DNA of 63,716 nt, filler included, from Rhabdomonas costata (lineage: Eukaryota), in assembly GCA_019059605.1 (NCBI GenBank). It is 36 parts of 36 records of this genome, joined end to end, with 100 filler letters (N's around TTAATTAATTAA, not from the genome) between each part and the next. Parts side by side here need not be neighbours in the genome. Positions count along the whole stretch, not along the records: positions 1 to 1,672 come from JAHMHO010010910.1; positions 1,773 to 3,444 come from JAHMHO010010911.1; positions 3,545 to 5,216 come from JAHMHO010010912.1; positions 5,317 to 6,986 come from JAHMHO010010913.1; positions 7,087 to 8,758 come from JAHMHO010010914.1; positions 8,859 to 10,529 come from JAHMHO010010915.1; positions 10,630 to 12,300 come from JAHMHO010010916.1; positions 12,401 to 14,071 come from JAHMHO010010917.1; 28 more parts are not named here. One strand, 5' to 3'. A model generated the notes under the pieces. It saw only the letters and a program-made list of their open reading frames with translations. It did not search any database and was not told where the DNA came from. Shown here one piece after another: positions 1 through 12,957 of this stretch; position 1 is the first letter of the stretch; every line of letters begins with the position of its first letter. Made by a program: the position numbers and the translations under genes.

Positions 1-54
1 TGTGGTGGGGTCAAATCGTGTTTTTGGCTTGCATTCCTCTTACTACCTCGCCAG

Positions 55-250
55 GCTGGCTCGGTGGCCTCCGCGGACGTGCCGCTGATCTTGGTCCGCA
101 ACCTTGCCAACCTCGGGGTCGGTGCGGTGGTGTTCTGGCTGTGGGGGTGGGGCATTGCCTTTGGATACAACGACAACTCCGGCCAGAACGGCTTCATCGG
201 GACTGGCTCCATTGTTCTGGTGAGCGACGGCGCGTTCGCGGGAAAGAATG
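55..250 (+). CDS. Ammonium transporter (Amt/Mep family), one internal exon
   Basis: CAG| at 54, |GTGCCT at 251; AGSVASADVPLILVRNLANLGVGAVVFWLWGWGIAFG...NGFIG matches the Amt N-terminal EAGxV...N...WxxGxxxAFG...GFIG pattern. Confidence 0.85.
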
Positions 251-1672
251 GTGCCTGGCCACCCGTCCGTTTTTATCTGCAAAACCTTCTTTCCCTTGGT
301 CCCACTCCAGGAACTATAAAAAAACATTAAGAACCAAACTTTGTTCAACAAAAAAAATCCAAATTCCGAAGGAGCGCATGTATCCCCCCCATCATAACCA
401 CACCCGTCACGGTGTGCATTACATTGCTTGAGGGTTGGGAAAAGGAGGGAGGGAGGGAGGGTTCTTCGCCCACGCAGCTGCCAAATTTTGTTTGCATCAC
501 AAAAAACTCGCACGCCACGCCAGATAACACCTCCCAGAAAGCCAGACCAACTTGCATGAGGAGGACAAAGGCGCCTCCCAGTAACGTCCAAAGGACGGTT
601 GCGGTTCCGAAAGGGTCAATGTTTAGCTCCTAAATTGAAATGGAGAAAACCTAACATAAACAAAACGCCGGGATTGCTCACCACAGGAAAGATGGGTTGA
701 AGGCAAGCATACCTTGGCCTTAAACGAGTACCGAGGCAAATCTGAAAGCTCGCCAGCATCGTGCCTGAAAAAAACAAACAAGGAAAGCAAAGTGGGGAAG
801 GCGGAGGGGGAGCGTCCCCCCTTCCGTTACGACGTTTTCGCGCGGCGAAGGCTGAGTACTTGAACTTGAGTTTTCTTTTCTTTTTTTAAAGCAGGGGGTT
901 CTTCTTCTTGGGTCTTGGGTAGTGGTCCTCGGCCTTTGAGTTGAGATGGCGTTTTTTTTTGCATTACGCCGCCCTCGAGGTTGACAGAGCGGGGGTGAAG
1001 GCTTCTCGAGGCGGTAGTGAAGCCTAAACAAAAACCAGTGCCCCGACGATGTCCCAGTGTGGTTCTCTTCTTTGAAACCACAGTGCAGAGTAGTCTCAGA
1101 AAGGGGCAGACAAGACACTTGCGCTTTGCCCCTGAACGCACACGGGAAACACTGCAAGACAACCTTTCCTCCATGGCCAGCGATGCGCAAACGGTTAGTT
1201 GTGTGCGCATCTCTTTCCAGAGAGGATTTACTGTCCCGGGAGGGGGGGCGCGAGGGGGCGGCGCAGCACCGCCCGGACAGCACCCGCCCATGCATATCCT
1301 GTTTCCTGTTTTGTAAACAGGCCTGGACCACGCCAGTGATAACGTGAATCAGTTGAATACTTTCGTCACCGTCGCTGAACTGAATCCTTGGGGAGTTGCT
1401 CCCAGCCGCTACATCCACACGAACAACGCCTAACAACGCCTACCGTGGGCCTCGCCATGCCATTTGGCCCAAAACCCAACTCGAAATAGCGTGAACGGTG
1501 TCCTAAGGCCTGCGAATCTGCAGCGGCCGAGCGACCGCCCCTGATAGGTCTTCGACAACATGCAGGAGCTCGTCTGGCCGCTTTAACACCATCCGAGCCC
1601 TTGCCCAAGCTGACGGAATACCTGCGTTTGTCGGCCACGGTGCGCCAATCCACTCCAAGACAACCTTACCTC

Positions 1673-1772
1673 NNNNNNNNNNNNNNNNNNNNNNNNNNNN
1701 NNNNNNNNNNNNNNNNTTAATTAATTAANNNNNNNNNNNNNNNNNNNNNNNNNNNNNNNNNNNNNNNNNNNN
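1673..1772. other. Artificial contig spacer (first of 35 identical ones)
   Basis: 44 N + TTAATTAATTAA (stops in all six frames) + 44 N, recurring about every 1.77 kb to 62043; flanking contigs are near-equal in length, as in a size-sorted concatenation. Confidence 0.99.
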
Positions 1773-1903
1773 GTGGTTGGGGGGCCCACCAGGGAGAGCC
1801 CCACACATACGAAGCATTGTTGAGATGATGATAAGGAGCTATGTTCAGCTCAGCATAGCCCCCACCAGCGAACAATTGCGTAGACTGTCGCTGTGCTTGT
1901 CAG

Positions 1904-3415
1904 GTGACCTGACCGCAGAGAAGCTGGCCGAATACATCCGGATCTGCAGCAGTATTCTCCATGGTATGTGCACTTGCCACTCCCTGGTGGGCCCAGACCG
2001 CCCCCCTGCGCTCGAAATGCCACATAGTATGATGGAAGGAGGGGAGGAAGGAAGGGAATGAATAGCTGTCAGCTGGCAATCTCCAAACGCTGTGAACTAC
2101 ACCAACAGTTACGCACATGCGTTCGCGGAATGACTGTTGGCACTTTTATGCGTCGGCGTTTGTGATAGTTTGGTAAGGGGAATAGAATGTGACGGTCTTT
2201 CAAAATTGAGTCTCATTTCGTCAAACTGTGTTCCCTTTTCCCTAGTCTTGACTTTCACCTCTTTGGTGCTTGGACTTGTGATTACAGAGGAGTGGTCCTA
2301 GCTTTTGGAGAGTGGTGTTCTGCGTCATTGAAGAAGTCACTACAAAAAGCAAAAGAAAACAGAAAGAAAGAGCTGCGGAGAAAAAGCAGTGCGCAAATTG
2401 AATCCACACACCACAAAAAAAACACAGTGGCGCTGGCCTTCAATGAGATCTCTGCGAAGGGCTGCCGGCAGTTGGCTGATGCGATGATCATCAACAGCTC
2501 CCTGCTCACTTTGGACCTCGAGGGCAACCACGTCGGTCCTCTCCCTTTGTCCCCCCACTTGATCCACACTCACCTCTCCCTGTGTGCAACTTGAACCCCA
2601 TGGCTCCATGGCTGGGCCGGGCTTAAGGGTTTAACGCCATTAACGGCGAGAAAAAACTTTAGAAGCTTTTGAAAAAACTCATCTTTGGGACGCTAGCACA
2701 ATTTGCCCAACCCCCGTGCTTGGAAGACCACTTCAATAGAAAGAATTTTTGGATTTGTGAAAAATTTGCTGAACGGTTTGACGTTAACATCGTTTATCGT
2801 GGAAGGTTTTTGCATGACCCCCCCTCCGTGGAACCTTCGCGGCTCATCCGTCTGCTCGGTCGCACCGGCTGATTTTTGCGGCCGTGGGTTGGCTTGCGCA
2901 CCAAAAGCATTTGTGTCCCAACTGATCGGCAAACGTTTAAGGCGTCGAATGTTCCAAGAGGTTTAACACACACACACACACACACCAAAATCCCAATTGC
3001 CCTCATGGCTTACCAGATTTATGCCCGATTGGCCCTTGGATTGGCATCGTGGATCCAGTCTTAGTGTGGTGGGTGACGGGACGTAGTCCCGATAGAGTCG
3101 CTGATCGGGAGAGCTGAGGAGAAAGGAAACATGCCTGTGGGTTTATCGTGTCACGGGAGCTTACTGCCCCCAGGCATGACGGACTGGCTTGTGTGCTGGC
3201 ACCTAACAGCAGAAATTGGAGAAAGACCACCACGGAAGCAGTTATACCAGAGATGGATTCAGACAGCGCTTCGTGGTGGATTCAAGGAATAGGGTTCAGT
3301 GTCAGTGGGAGAGGGAAGAGCGCGGTGAGGGGTGCGGGAATGTGCCTCCTCCGCGCACAGGGGAGGAGGGTGGCGTTGCCCTGGCCACAATGTTGGAGGC
3401 GAACAACCAGCTCAA
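1904..3415 (+). CDS. Leucine-rich repeat protein (RI/NLRC3-like LRR), three exons, partial
   Basis: Exons 1904-1963, 2428-2535 and 3361-3415 with GT-AG borders join in phase: GDLTAEKLAEYIRICSSILHVALAFNEISAKGCRQLADAMIINSSLLTLDLEGNHVGEEGGVALATMLEANNQL, 28-residue LRR spacing. Confidence 0.85.
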
Positions 3416-6400
3416 GTGCGCTTGAGCCCCTTTACCCCACCCCCNNNNNNNNNNNNNNNNNNNNNNNNNNNNNNNNNNNNNNNNNNNNTTAATTAATTAA
3501 NNNNNNNNNNNNNNNNNNNNNNNNNNNNNNNNNNNNNNNNNNNNGGTGTTGTTGAAGCTCAGCCCCGCGTGCGCCAGCTCATTGCCAGGTTATGGGTCAG
3601 GCTATATATCAACCAGCTGGGCGAGAAGGCGCGCAGAGCAGGGCTAGGTGAAAGATGAAATGCCAGCTGAGAGACAGGGTGGAATACCGCTGCCGAGGCA
3701 GAGAGACAGGCCAATGGATGTCGCGTGGAAGGAGGTAGACAGCACACGATCAGACCGCATTAGAAAACCACAGGGTGTGTTGTTGTGTTGTTGAGCAAGA
3801 AGGTTTCATTTTCACCTTTTTTCTCCCGAGTTTTCACAGGTCAGTCAGATTTCAGAATTTGGCCTGACTATACTTGTGGACCTGAACGCCCAGAACTACG
3901 AGAATGACAGAAAGAGAGAGAGAGGAATAGAGAGGTACTTGATTAGAGGAGGAGAAGCAGAACCACAGCAGAACCGCAGGCGACAGCCGCTGAGACCAGA
4001 GACACAAGTAGATAGTAAGATGGTGGAAAATGGTGCGGCGTTAGTGCGGTGAACACTGGACAGTGTGTGTCTGTGTCTGTGTTGGAATTAGAGCCCAAAA
4101 GGAAGTGTACGAGCGCGGAAGGTTGTTTACCAACAAAAGGACCTCTAAACTCGCAAATCATGGTTCCCAAGGCCCGCGTACACTGTGGATTGTGGTTCAA
4201 ATGTGGTAAAACAATGTGACAAGACAGCGTGACAAGGTACCATGGGCCGACCATGGTGTGAGTCCCGATGGGCTTATGCCACATCGAAAGGTGGGAGCCC
4301 ATGGGGGAAGTGGACTTCGAGTCCTCCCCAGAAAAAACTCATCCTTGCCAAGTGCACCAGTGTGTGTATGCGTGTTTGTGCAGTCGCGTGACCCTTCCAC
4401 GGCTTGGTAAATCGAAAAGTGTTTGGCACCACCGCCACCGTTTCAGAAAGGCTACGCCAGCACAAAGCACCATCAGAGCAACCACAGGACAAACGGAAGA
4501 GACCTCCGCCACGTTCTTGGTGAAAAGACACCTAGGTAAGCCGAGGCAGCGCCCACGTTGTGCAAGCAAGGTCTGTAAACAGTCCGGCTCGAGTGGGATC
4601 CAGAGGCACTAACACCCCAAGAGGTAGGAGCCACGTAAAAGTTCCCGCAGCATAGTTGGAGTGTTACACCTGGTAGCAGAGGGAGTGTGCGTTCCAGTTC
4701 GCTAAAGGTCTACCATGTTGACACCTGGTAGCAGAGGATCATTGAAATTCCAAGCCCCTAGAGAGCTGAGCATGCAACGTTGGAACGTGTTAGCAGAGTT
4801 TTTCTTGGACCAAATTGAGCGTATTGGTGCAAATTCCGCGGAGAAATCAAGCAAGGTATGATCACATTTACAAGTTGTCGCAAGGGTTCAGAGCGCAAAA
4901 TACCACACCCCACCGAGGAAGGCCGCGGAAAAAAGATAAGATAGGCGAGTAAGATAGCCGAATTCCACCCCACCGGAGTGAAGATCTTCATGATGTAGCT
5001 CAATACCGATGGTAGCTACGTATCATCAAAAGGGGAGACGAGTCATGTCAGGAAATCCCCCGCCCACTAACCCAAGCGCAGCGCCAGCACCACTGATGGA
5101 GCAGAATGTTTTACTCAAATGGTTCAATTTTTCAGAGAATGGAGCAGCAACACATGACAAATCACCACCTTACTCAGGAGTTGCTTCGCAGAGTGATTTA
5201 TGGGACCCCAACAAACNNNNNNNNNNNNNNNNNNNNNNNNNNNNNNNNNNNNNNNNNNNNTTAATTAATTAANNNNNNNNNNNNNNNNNNNNNNNNNNNN
5301 NNNNNNNNNNNNNNNNGGTGTGTGGGGCTTCATTATAGCATCTTCTTTACTAGGGACGCTTTGCAGTACACCTTTGGTGATTTTTCTATGCCCTGAGTTT
5401 TGGGTGTGCGTCTGTGTGGTGAGGGCAAATGAATGGTCTTTTCCCTGCAGCAAAAATCGATTAGTCGCTGTTGCTTCCCCACATCCTAGTTTGCATTCTG
5501 CTGTCCTCGAGGTTTGTGGTTTAATCCTCTGTATTGTCTCCACTGTCTTGCAGCCGTTCGCCCTCTTTGCACACATCTTATCCTTTCCACTTGGCGCGTT
5601 CGTCAACTCTCGCGGTCATGAGCCCGCTTCTTTAGGACAAACCATAGGATCTTATGTCTCTTTATGAATTCTTTCAGAGTTCCCAGGTGTTGTTGGTTGT
5701 GACGAACCGGTCGGCGGCGTATTTCTGTGCGAGCTTTCTGATGGCTTGACCAATGTGAGAGCTACTAGCAAATCACCAGGCAACTCACCATTTCAGGCAA
5801 TAGAAACGACCAAATTGAAGCAACCAAAAGTCCCGCTGTAATGATATGTCCTACTCTCAGCTTCCCTTCGCATATCCTTTGCATGGACAGCCAAAAAAGA
5901 AAGGCAAATCATCCCACCAGAAACGTGGCAATGAGGTACTGAATTGTAGACGGTTCCGCCTTCCTCTGCTTTGTTTTTGTTTGAAATTATTCTATCGGGA
6001 TATACAGTTAGGGCCGAGCAGGCCTATTTTTCGTCTTGCTCCAGCCTCCAACATTTGTACGATTGTACGATGTATGACGTATTTGGAGGGGAAGTGGGGT
6101 GAGGTTTGAGGTGGTGTGCATGGTTGTTGCCGAGAAATGTTTGAGATTTAGTGGCGGCTAAACTGTGTCTGGTGCAGATGGTTACACGTAAACACTACCC
6201 GTATGGAAAGAGGGGGCATTTGGGGGGGAGGGGGATCGCCAAGCGTCCCCAGAGCCCAATGAGACTGTAAGGTCAGGGGGCAGCGAAACTTCAGTCAGTG
6301 GTGGGGAATGGCGACGAAGGGTGGGGTAGTATACTTTCTGTTTATAGAGCGAACCTTTTTCTCCTTCGTTCTCTTTTGCTTTCCGCTTCTTTGCTTCTTG

Positions 6401-7193
6401 GTGTTCGCCCCCGCTGCCCATGTCCGCTTCCCAGTCTCACCGTGGGCCATACACCAAGAATCGCCCCTTTCCTCTGCACCGGACTCGAGCGTCGCTGTCG
6501 GTCGAGAGCCCTCTCAGCACAGCATGGTACCTCACGGATGCCTCCTACTTCCCGGACACCTCTGAGTTACCTTGCCTCCCGATTTACATTACTGAGGTCC
6601 CTGGAACGCATCCAAGATGCAAGCTCCAGAAGAACGCGCCAGCGGTGGCCCTCGTAGACCTTTGGAAGACTCTCCACCGAGTCTTGCGCAACGGTTGGTA
6701 TACTTTGCGAGGACGCCACTAAAGGGTAAACCTTCAGAGAACATGCGAGCATGGGGATGGCTGTCCTGCTCCGTGTTTCTCCATTGCCTCATCCTCCATA
6801 GCCAGCTGATTGCTAGGCCTCATTCACTCGCAGCGAATGTTTTGAATCTGCGACGGAGTCTTGTTTTGTTATTTTCCTGCTTCACCTCGTCCTCCCCGAA
6901 GCTTTGCCGTGTTTTTGCTCTCTCGAAGCATGTGAACCTTTTCGGAGACATTCACTGCCCCCCCACCCCCCAAACACACCCACCACNNNNNNNNNNNNNN
7001 NNNNNNNNNNNNNNNNNNNNNNNNNNNNNNTTAATTAATTAANNNNNNNNNNNNNNNNNNNNNNNNNNNNNNNNNNNNNNNNNNNNGTTTGTTGGTGTGG
7101 GTGTGGGTGTGGGTGTGGGTGGGTGTGAGTCAGTGAGTGAGTGAGTGTGCGTGTCTTTGTGTCTGTGTGTCTGCGTGTCAAGGGGGGGTTCAG

Positions 7194-7789
7194 GTTTACC
7201 GTGAGGCGGATCTGCTCAGCCCCCCAGCTCGAGCCGTGCAGACCACCACGGTTCCCGCTGGTGGGGCAACCGTGGTGGAGATGGATGCCATTGTGCCCGG
7301 CAACTACACCCTGATTGACCACTCCGTCTTTCGGGTGGACAAAGGCTGCGGTATATGTCCCCGGGTGGTTGTGGCAGCGTTTGGTTGTGACCTTCTTTTC
7401 TCTTGGTGCGGGAGGTTCGGGGTCTCGATTGAGCTGTATTCACAAAGATGACAGACTGTTTTTAGGGGGTTCCCTCATGGCTTGTCGAGGATGTGGCGGG
7501 CAGCACGTGCTGCAGGGGGAGGGTATTGGGTAGAACTACACGATAATGGTTGTGGTCTGTTCATCAAGGATAGTTGTGCAGGGTAATTATGCTTGGTTCC
7601 TTGGTTCCTTACTGAAGCAGGGGTACCACAAAACCTCTGTTCTTGTATCCTTAATTGTAATCTGCCTTTTTTTTTTACATCTGCACCTCAGTGGGCTTTC
7701 TGAAGGTGTCGGGGCAGAACCCCAGGAAGGAGATCTACGACTCCAGGGACCGGCCCACACCTTGTCCAGGGTGCAAACTACACAACTAA
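7194..7789 (+). CDS. nirK: Copper-containing nitrite reductase, last two exons
   Basis: Exons 7194-7350 and 7692-7789 (GT-AG, phase 1) give [84 protein letters not shown], with the NirK QTTxVPxGG and PGxYxxxDHS motifs. Confidence 0.92.
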
Positions 7790-8858
7790 GGGTCCCGCCA
7801 TAAGCGGGGCTTCAGCTGCAGCAAGTTTTCTTTTTTTCTTTCGCACAGACTGCATTTCAGAATAAATTGTTCGTATACCATTCGATTATTTTTTCTTTCT
7901 GTATTTTTTATTCTATCTCCATGGTCTCCATGGTGCAGTTAGTCTTAGCTGATGGTGCACCCCTTCCCATCGTTGTCTTCTTTGGCCCACCTCAGAAGGG
8001 CGCCTTGTATCAATACGCTTCCTTTGAAGTTTGTCATTTGGGTAGTGGGTGAGGTGGCGGAGCACAGGGGATTGCAGTGAAAGGAAGGAATGGAGGAGGG
8101 TAGGGGAGAGAAAGACGGAGGGTTTGGATTCGGGGTTTTGGGATTCTGAAATTCACGTCGCAAGTCCTGTGAACCGTTGAGATGCATCATCTTCCTGAGG
8201 TTGGTGAGGGTGGGGGTTGTCATTGCACCGTTGCACCCTACCTGGGATTTAGTCTAGGGAAGGCAAATATGCAAGGCCTGCACTCATCAGAAGAGTGGGT
8301 ACGCTGGAATCGGAGAGCAGAAACCACTGGAAACCATTTGTCGAGCATGGCCATAATGCCTGGCGACGTCCCAATTTTAGACAATATCACATAATATTTG
8401 GCCCATTATATTTTTCTTGGGGTTACACACCCAGAACCCGACCTATCCTCCGATTAAAGATGCGACGCATACCACAAAAAGTCGACCTCCACCCCAGTCG
8501 CAAAGAACCTGACGAAGAGCGTCCAAGGCGGAGATGTTGCCTTGCTGATGATGACACAACCACTCCGCCAGGGTGGAAACTCCAGGCACTCCAGTGAGAC
8601 ATCAGATCATTCAGCTGCTCAACTGACAGTTTTTCCCCTTTCACCTCACACTCTCTGTTGCGCTCTTCCAGATCTTTTCTTCTGCTCCCTTTCTGTGTGT
8701 TGGCATCCTTCTGAGTACCTTGTCGAGAATACTTCTGCACCCTCCCCTACCAACCCCCNNNNNNNNNNNNNNNNNNNNNNNNNNNNNNNNNNNNNNNNNN
8801 NNTTAATTAATTAANNNNNNNNNNNNNNNNNNNNNNNNNNNNNNNNNNNNNNNNNNNN

Positions 8859-10529
8859 TGGGGCCGTGAGGTCATTGTACGTGAAGAATGGCTGCAGCTT
8901 TGACATCAGCAGGCCAGCGGACCAAGAGGAATAATACGGAAAGCTCACCAGGTGAAGGGTGTGCCCGGCAATACCCCCGTTGCTGTTTATCTGCGCAAAC
9001 GCCGCCTGCACGCCTACCTTCTGCAAAGCAGCTGTCGGGGAGTCGCTGAGGTAGGCGACACCGAAGCGAACTGGGCGCTGCAACGACGTCTGGGGCTGCG
9101 AAGCGCACTGCCCGCTGAATCGAAACACTCCGTCAACGGCTTCCGTGGGCTCTCCAGTGCTGTCACCGTGGACCATCCAGACCTGCCTCAAGCCCTGGTT
9201 GCACTGGCCCCATAAGAACGGCCCCAAGGAAACCGTGTCCAGCACATATGTAGACGCACTATACAGAGTACTGACAAAGCCATCAGAAGACCGCAGCTGC
9301 TGAACGCTCATTTTTTGAAGGGCCGCTATCACAAGGCGGCCCGTGAGGTATCCTTCCAGCGAAAGCGAAGATGGAGAGCCTGAAACAAGGGGAAGTGCAC
9401 TGAGGTAATGACTGACCAATGGATGAGAGATGCTGGACAGCGGCTGGACCACCTGGTTCACATAAACTTGGCTTGCATCAGAATCAAGAAGGTCGTACAG
9501 GCCATCCCCAACGCTTGAGGGACACAAGTAGAGCATAACCTCAGCAGGAGTACCTTGCCAAATGGCCTGGGCTTGCGAGATAAACTGCGCAGCCACATCA
9601 GTGGCCGCCCAAACAATAACGGCACCTGGCTGGTGAGGCTGAGCGTTCCTTGCTAACCGAATAAGGGCACTGGTCACCTCACCTCTGGAAGAGATACTGG
9701 CGTTGCTGAGCAACGTGAGCTGGATCCGAGAGAGCGACTCCAAGACAACCGACATGGCCCATTGACCAAGAGTGTCGGACTGATAAAACAAACTGAATCG
9801 GGTGACGCCTCGAACCGACGCCCCGTAATGGATCAAAGCATGAATTTCATCCTTCAGCGATGCTCGAAGGTTGATCACCAGATGATTTGTTGTGTTAATG
9901 GCAAAATCTTCGGAAACCGACCCGATAAGCGCTTTGCCCGCGGCAGTACTAAGGTCGGAAGCCACTTCAGTGGAACCACTGCCGTAGAACCCGGCAAGCG
10001 CTGTTACCTCCTGTAGCAGGCGCTCCGTGTTGCGAGCTGCAGTGGTTACGTTGCCAAAATCGTCGAGAGTCCAAAGCTTCAGCCGGTGCCCTGAAATGCC
10101 CCCGGCCTGATTCTGCTCTTCAAAGGCTGCTTCCAATCCTTGCTTCAGTGCCACCCCGGCAGCTGCAGAGGTTCCGGACAGCGGCGCGGACTGCCCCAAA
10201 ACCACAAATCCATAGGGTGACAATAAGCTGGGGTCACTTATGCAGCCACTCTCCGAGAAGCTGAAGGTGTCATTGGGAAGAGTCTGAAAGGCTCCTTGAT
10301 AAACGCTCGTCATCCACACCTTTCTCATCCCTTGATTGCAGCTGGTGCTGTAGGGGCCGATCACAAGCTGGCTGACAACCACAGAAGATGCCTTGATCAG
10401 CGCCTGAGAAAAACTCGCAGGATTCATCAACGCTGATTCAGGGACGTCCTTAAGAACCTCCACTGCCAACCGCACATTCACGTATCCCTCGAATGACACA
10501 GTTGAATGCGACAAGGAGGAATTGTACTC
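8859..10529 (-). CDS. Protein with tandem type-1 periplasmic-binding (Venus flytrap) domains; likely receptor ectodomain; open at both ends
   Basis: Frame is open across the whole contig; LGQSAPLSG...GLEAAFEEQNQAGGISGHRLKL...DD and a second GVQAAFAQINSNGGIAGHTLHL; two EGY...GP...CNQGxRxVW domain ends. Confidence 0.85.
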
Positions 10530-10629
10530 NNNNNNNNNNNNNNNNNNNNNNNNNNNNNNNNNNNNNNNNNNNNTTAATTAATTAANNNNNNNNNNNNNNN
10601 NNNNNNNNNNNNNNNNNNNNNNNNNNNNN

Positions 10630-10715
10630 GGTTTGGTTGCCACGGCGGCATGGCCGTTGTACGCGGCCCAGTGGAGTGCAGTGTCTTTGTTTCGGTCCCC
10701 AGCCTCGAGTTCGGC
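10630..10715 (-). CDS. Ankyrin-repeat exon, partial
   Basis: CAG| then AELEAGDRNKDTALHWAAYNGHAAV, a canonical ankyrin consensus. Confidence 0.8.
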
Positions 10716-11309
10716 CTGGGGCTGGGTGATGCGGTCGCAGTTGACGTGATGGTCGGGGTCAACGTCGGGACGTAGTGGTCGGACGAGAGCTGTACATACC
10801 TTTTTTGTGTGTGTGGTGGGGGGTGGGCCAGTGTGTCGTGCAAAGTGTTTTGGTGTCCAAAAGGACTGGGACTCCAAAAGCTTTAAGAGCAAAAGCTGTT
10901 CTTGCGGTTCACAAGAATAGAACATCTCTGAGTGCTCTGAGTGCGACAGGAAATTCCTCAGAAAAAAAGCATAAAGTTGGATCAAATTCTGATGAGAGGT
11001 CAATTTTTTTTCATCAAACAAACACTTAGTTCATTGGCTGGAGAGAAATTTCATTGCCAAAGGTTATGCCCAAGTGTCGGAGGGCTGGAAAACCATTAAA
11101 TTTGGCATTAAATTTTACATGTCCTTCGAGTTGAGGGTTTCGTCACCTCCGTTTTTCAGCCCACCCACACTGGCGTGGAGTAGGTCAAAGCATCAAGCAT
11201 TCATCTTGTGCTGAAACTGTAACCACAGGAAAAGTGAGGAGGCTGGCTCTACGCGGTCCCGGGATTTGGCAGGAGCAACGCAGAGGGAGAGAGGGAGGGT
11301 GAAATCGCG

Positions 11310-12017
11310 CCATGCCCGCCACAAGTGGTCTTGTAGCACACGACGAACCGCCCCTGAGCTGTGGGTACCCAGGTGTAATTCGCCAGGCCCCCTGTCATGT
11401 TAACAGGGGCCTCTTGAGACCCAGGGGCATCCACGGCGTTGCCCCCCATCGGCTGGCAAACCCCAGAGCTCAGCACCCGTACAAGGTCCAAAGAACTTAG
11501 CCCCACGCCCTGTACCCACACCGTCACGGGGAGGCCCTGCCGCGGCACCGCGGGGACCAGCCAGTAGCTCTGCGGGCCGTTCACCACCGAGGTGCCCAGA
11601 GATACCCAGCCCCCCTGGAAAGCCAGGTAACACACCGTCACCACCCCACCCCGAGACAGCGTGGCGTTGAACATAACCCCGCCGCTGGGGGTGCCTGTAC
11701 CTGCCAAGGAGGCCAGGACGAGTGCACCGCTGGAATTGGCTGCGAGGCTGCAGCTTAGGCTTCCGTTGAGCAGAGCGAGGGCATCCCTCCCTGGGCCAGG
11801 GCTCAGGTTCAGCCCGGAGACTTGAAAGACCAACGGGATTCCAGCAGCCAGGGACGAGCAGGTCGAGTTGCCCGACGGCCAGTAGTTCTGGGGCCCGCTC
11901 ACGGCCCAAGAGCAGTTAAACGGGACATACGCAACGCCTCCCTGGGGTTTGTAACAAACGGGGAAGACGCCCCCACGCAGAAACAGGTTGCTGTAGTATA
12001 GCACGCTGCCGTTTTGC
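11310..12017 (-). CDS. Exon of a repetitive beta-rich probable surface protein
   Basis: Pyrimidine tract + CAG at 12018; about 230 open codons with three G-x-x-x-VCY motifs about 100 aa apart, two GPQxYW motifs and several N-x-S/T sites; 3' exon end uncertain. Confidence 0.7.
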
Positions 12018-12957
12018 CTGAGAAAAAAGCAAACCAAAAATGCTTGTCGCTTTCGCAAATGAAAAAAATCCGCAATGCAGGAGATTGGAGCAAATATGGA
12101 CGCAAGAAAAGCATGAGCGCTGCCCGTACAGTAAACAAAACCTTCTCCAGGCGCTACTGCATTTAGCTCCCCCCCCCCTTCCCCCACTCAATCGGTTGGA
12201 TTCACCCATTCTGAGGTGTACACTACTGCCTTTATCGGCCTCCTTCCTGGGGGAAGGCGTGTAAAAGCCTTCACGACGACTCCCACTGACACACCACAAC
12301 NNNNNNNNNNNNNNNNNNNNNNNNNNNNNNNNNNNNNNNNNNNNTTAATTAATTAANNNNNNNNNNNNNNNNNNNNNNNNNNNNNNNNNNNNNNNNNNNN
12401 GGTGGTGTGAGGTTGGGTACGGCTACAGCCGGATCTTTGATGATGAAACACTCAATTCAGGGGGAGAGAGGGTCCCCTCTTCGACTCGTCGAGACTAGGT
12501 GGATAGAACAGGCTGCATCCTCTTCTTGTCCCCTCTGGGGAGCTGGGAGGAGGGGGAGCATGCAGCTACTCGCCGTTGAATCACTACAGAGCTTCAGGAT
12601 CTGCATTGTCGACTTCCGCAATCTCTCTCTCTCTTTAATTGGGGTGAGGGTTGTGGTTGTGGAAATGGTGAACAGTGTTTAGCGCGCTATTCAGTGACGT
12701 ACCTCTCTCAACTGACGGGGGGGATTATCCAATTCACTAAGGCTGAGGGCAACGGGTTGAAACGTCAGCAAAAAAAGGGGGTGGGGGCATTCAGCGCCAA
12801 GCAACCGCAATGCACTGACCCGACTGACCCGCACTGTGCAAACCGGTTGCTGCAATTCCGGCAGTGGCTCCTTAACAACACTGACTACGGTACGGCTGGC
12901 GAAACCTTCAAAAACCAGTGCAGGGTGGGGTGATGAGGCGGGTAGGGGGCTTCGGGC

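Noticed and set aside
720-1436. 238-aa ORF and most other ORF-track entries
   Set aside because: No recognisable motifs; they cross low-complexity intron-like DNA and overlap in several frames, as expected by chance in GC-rich sequence.
4667-4737. Direct repeat ACACCTGGTAGCAGAGG with a spacer-sized gap, CRISPR-like
   Set aside because: Only two 17-bp copies, no cas genes, eukaryotic context.
7766-7786. CPGCKLH as a heme c attachment site
   Set aside because: Heme c binding needs CxxCH; here the His is three residues after the second Cys.
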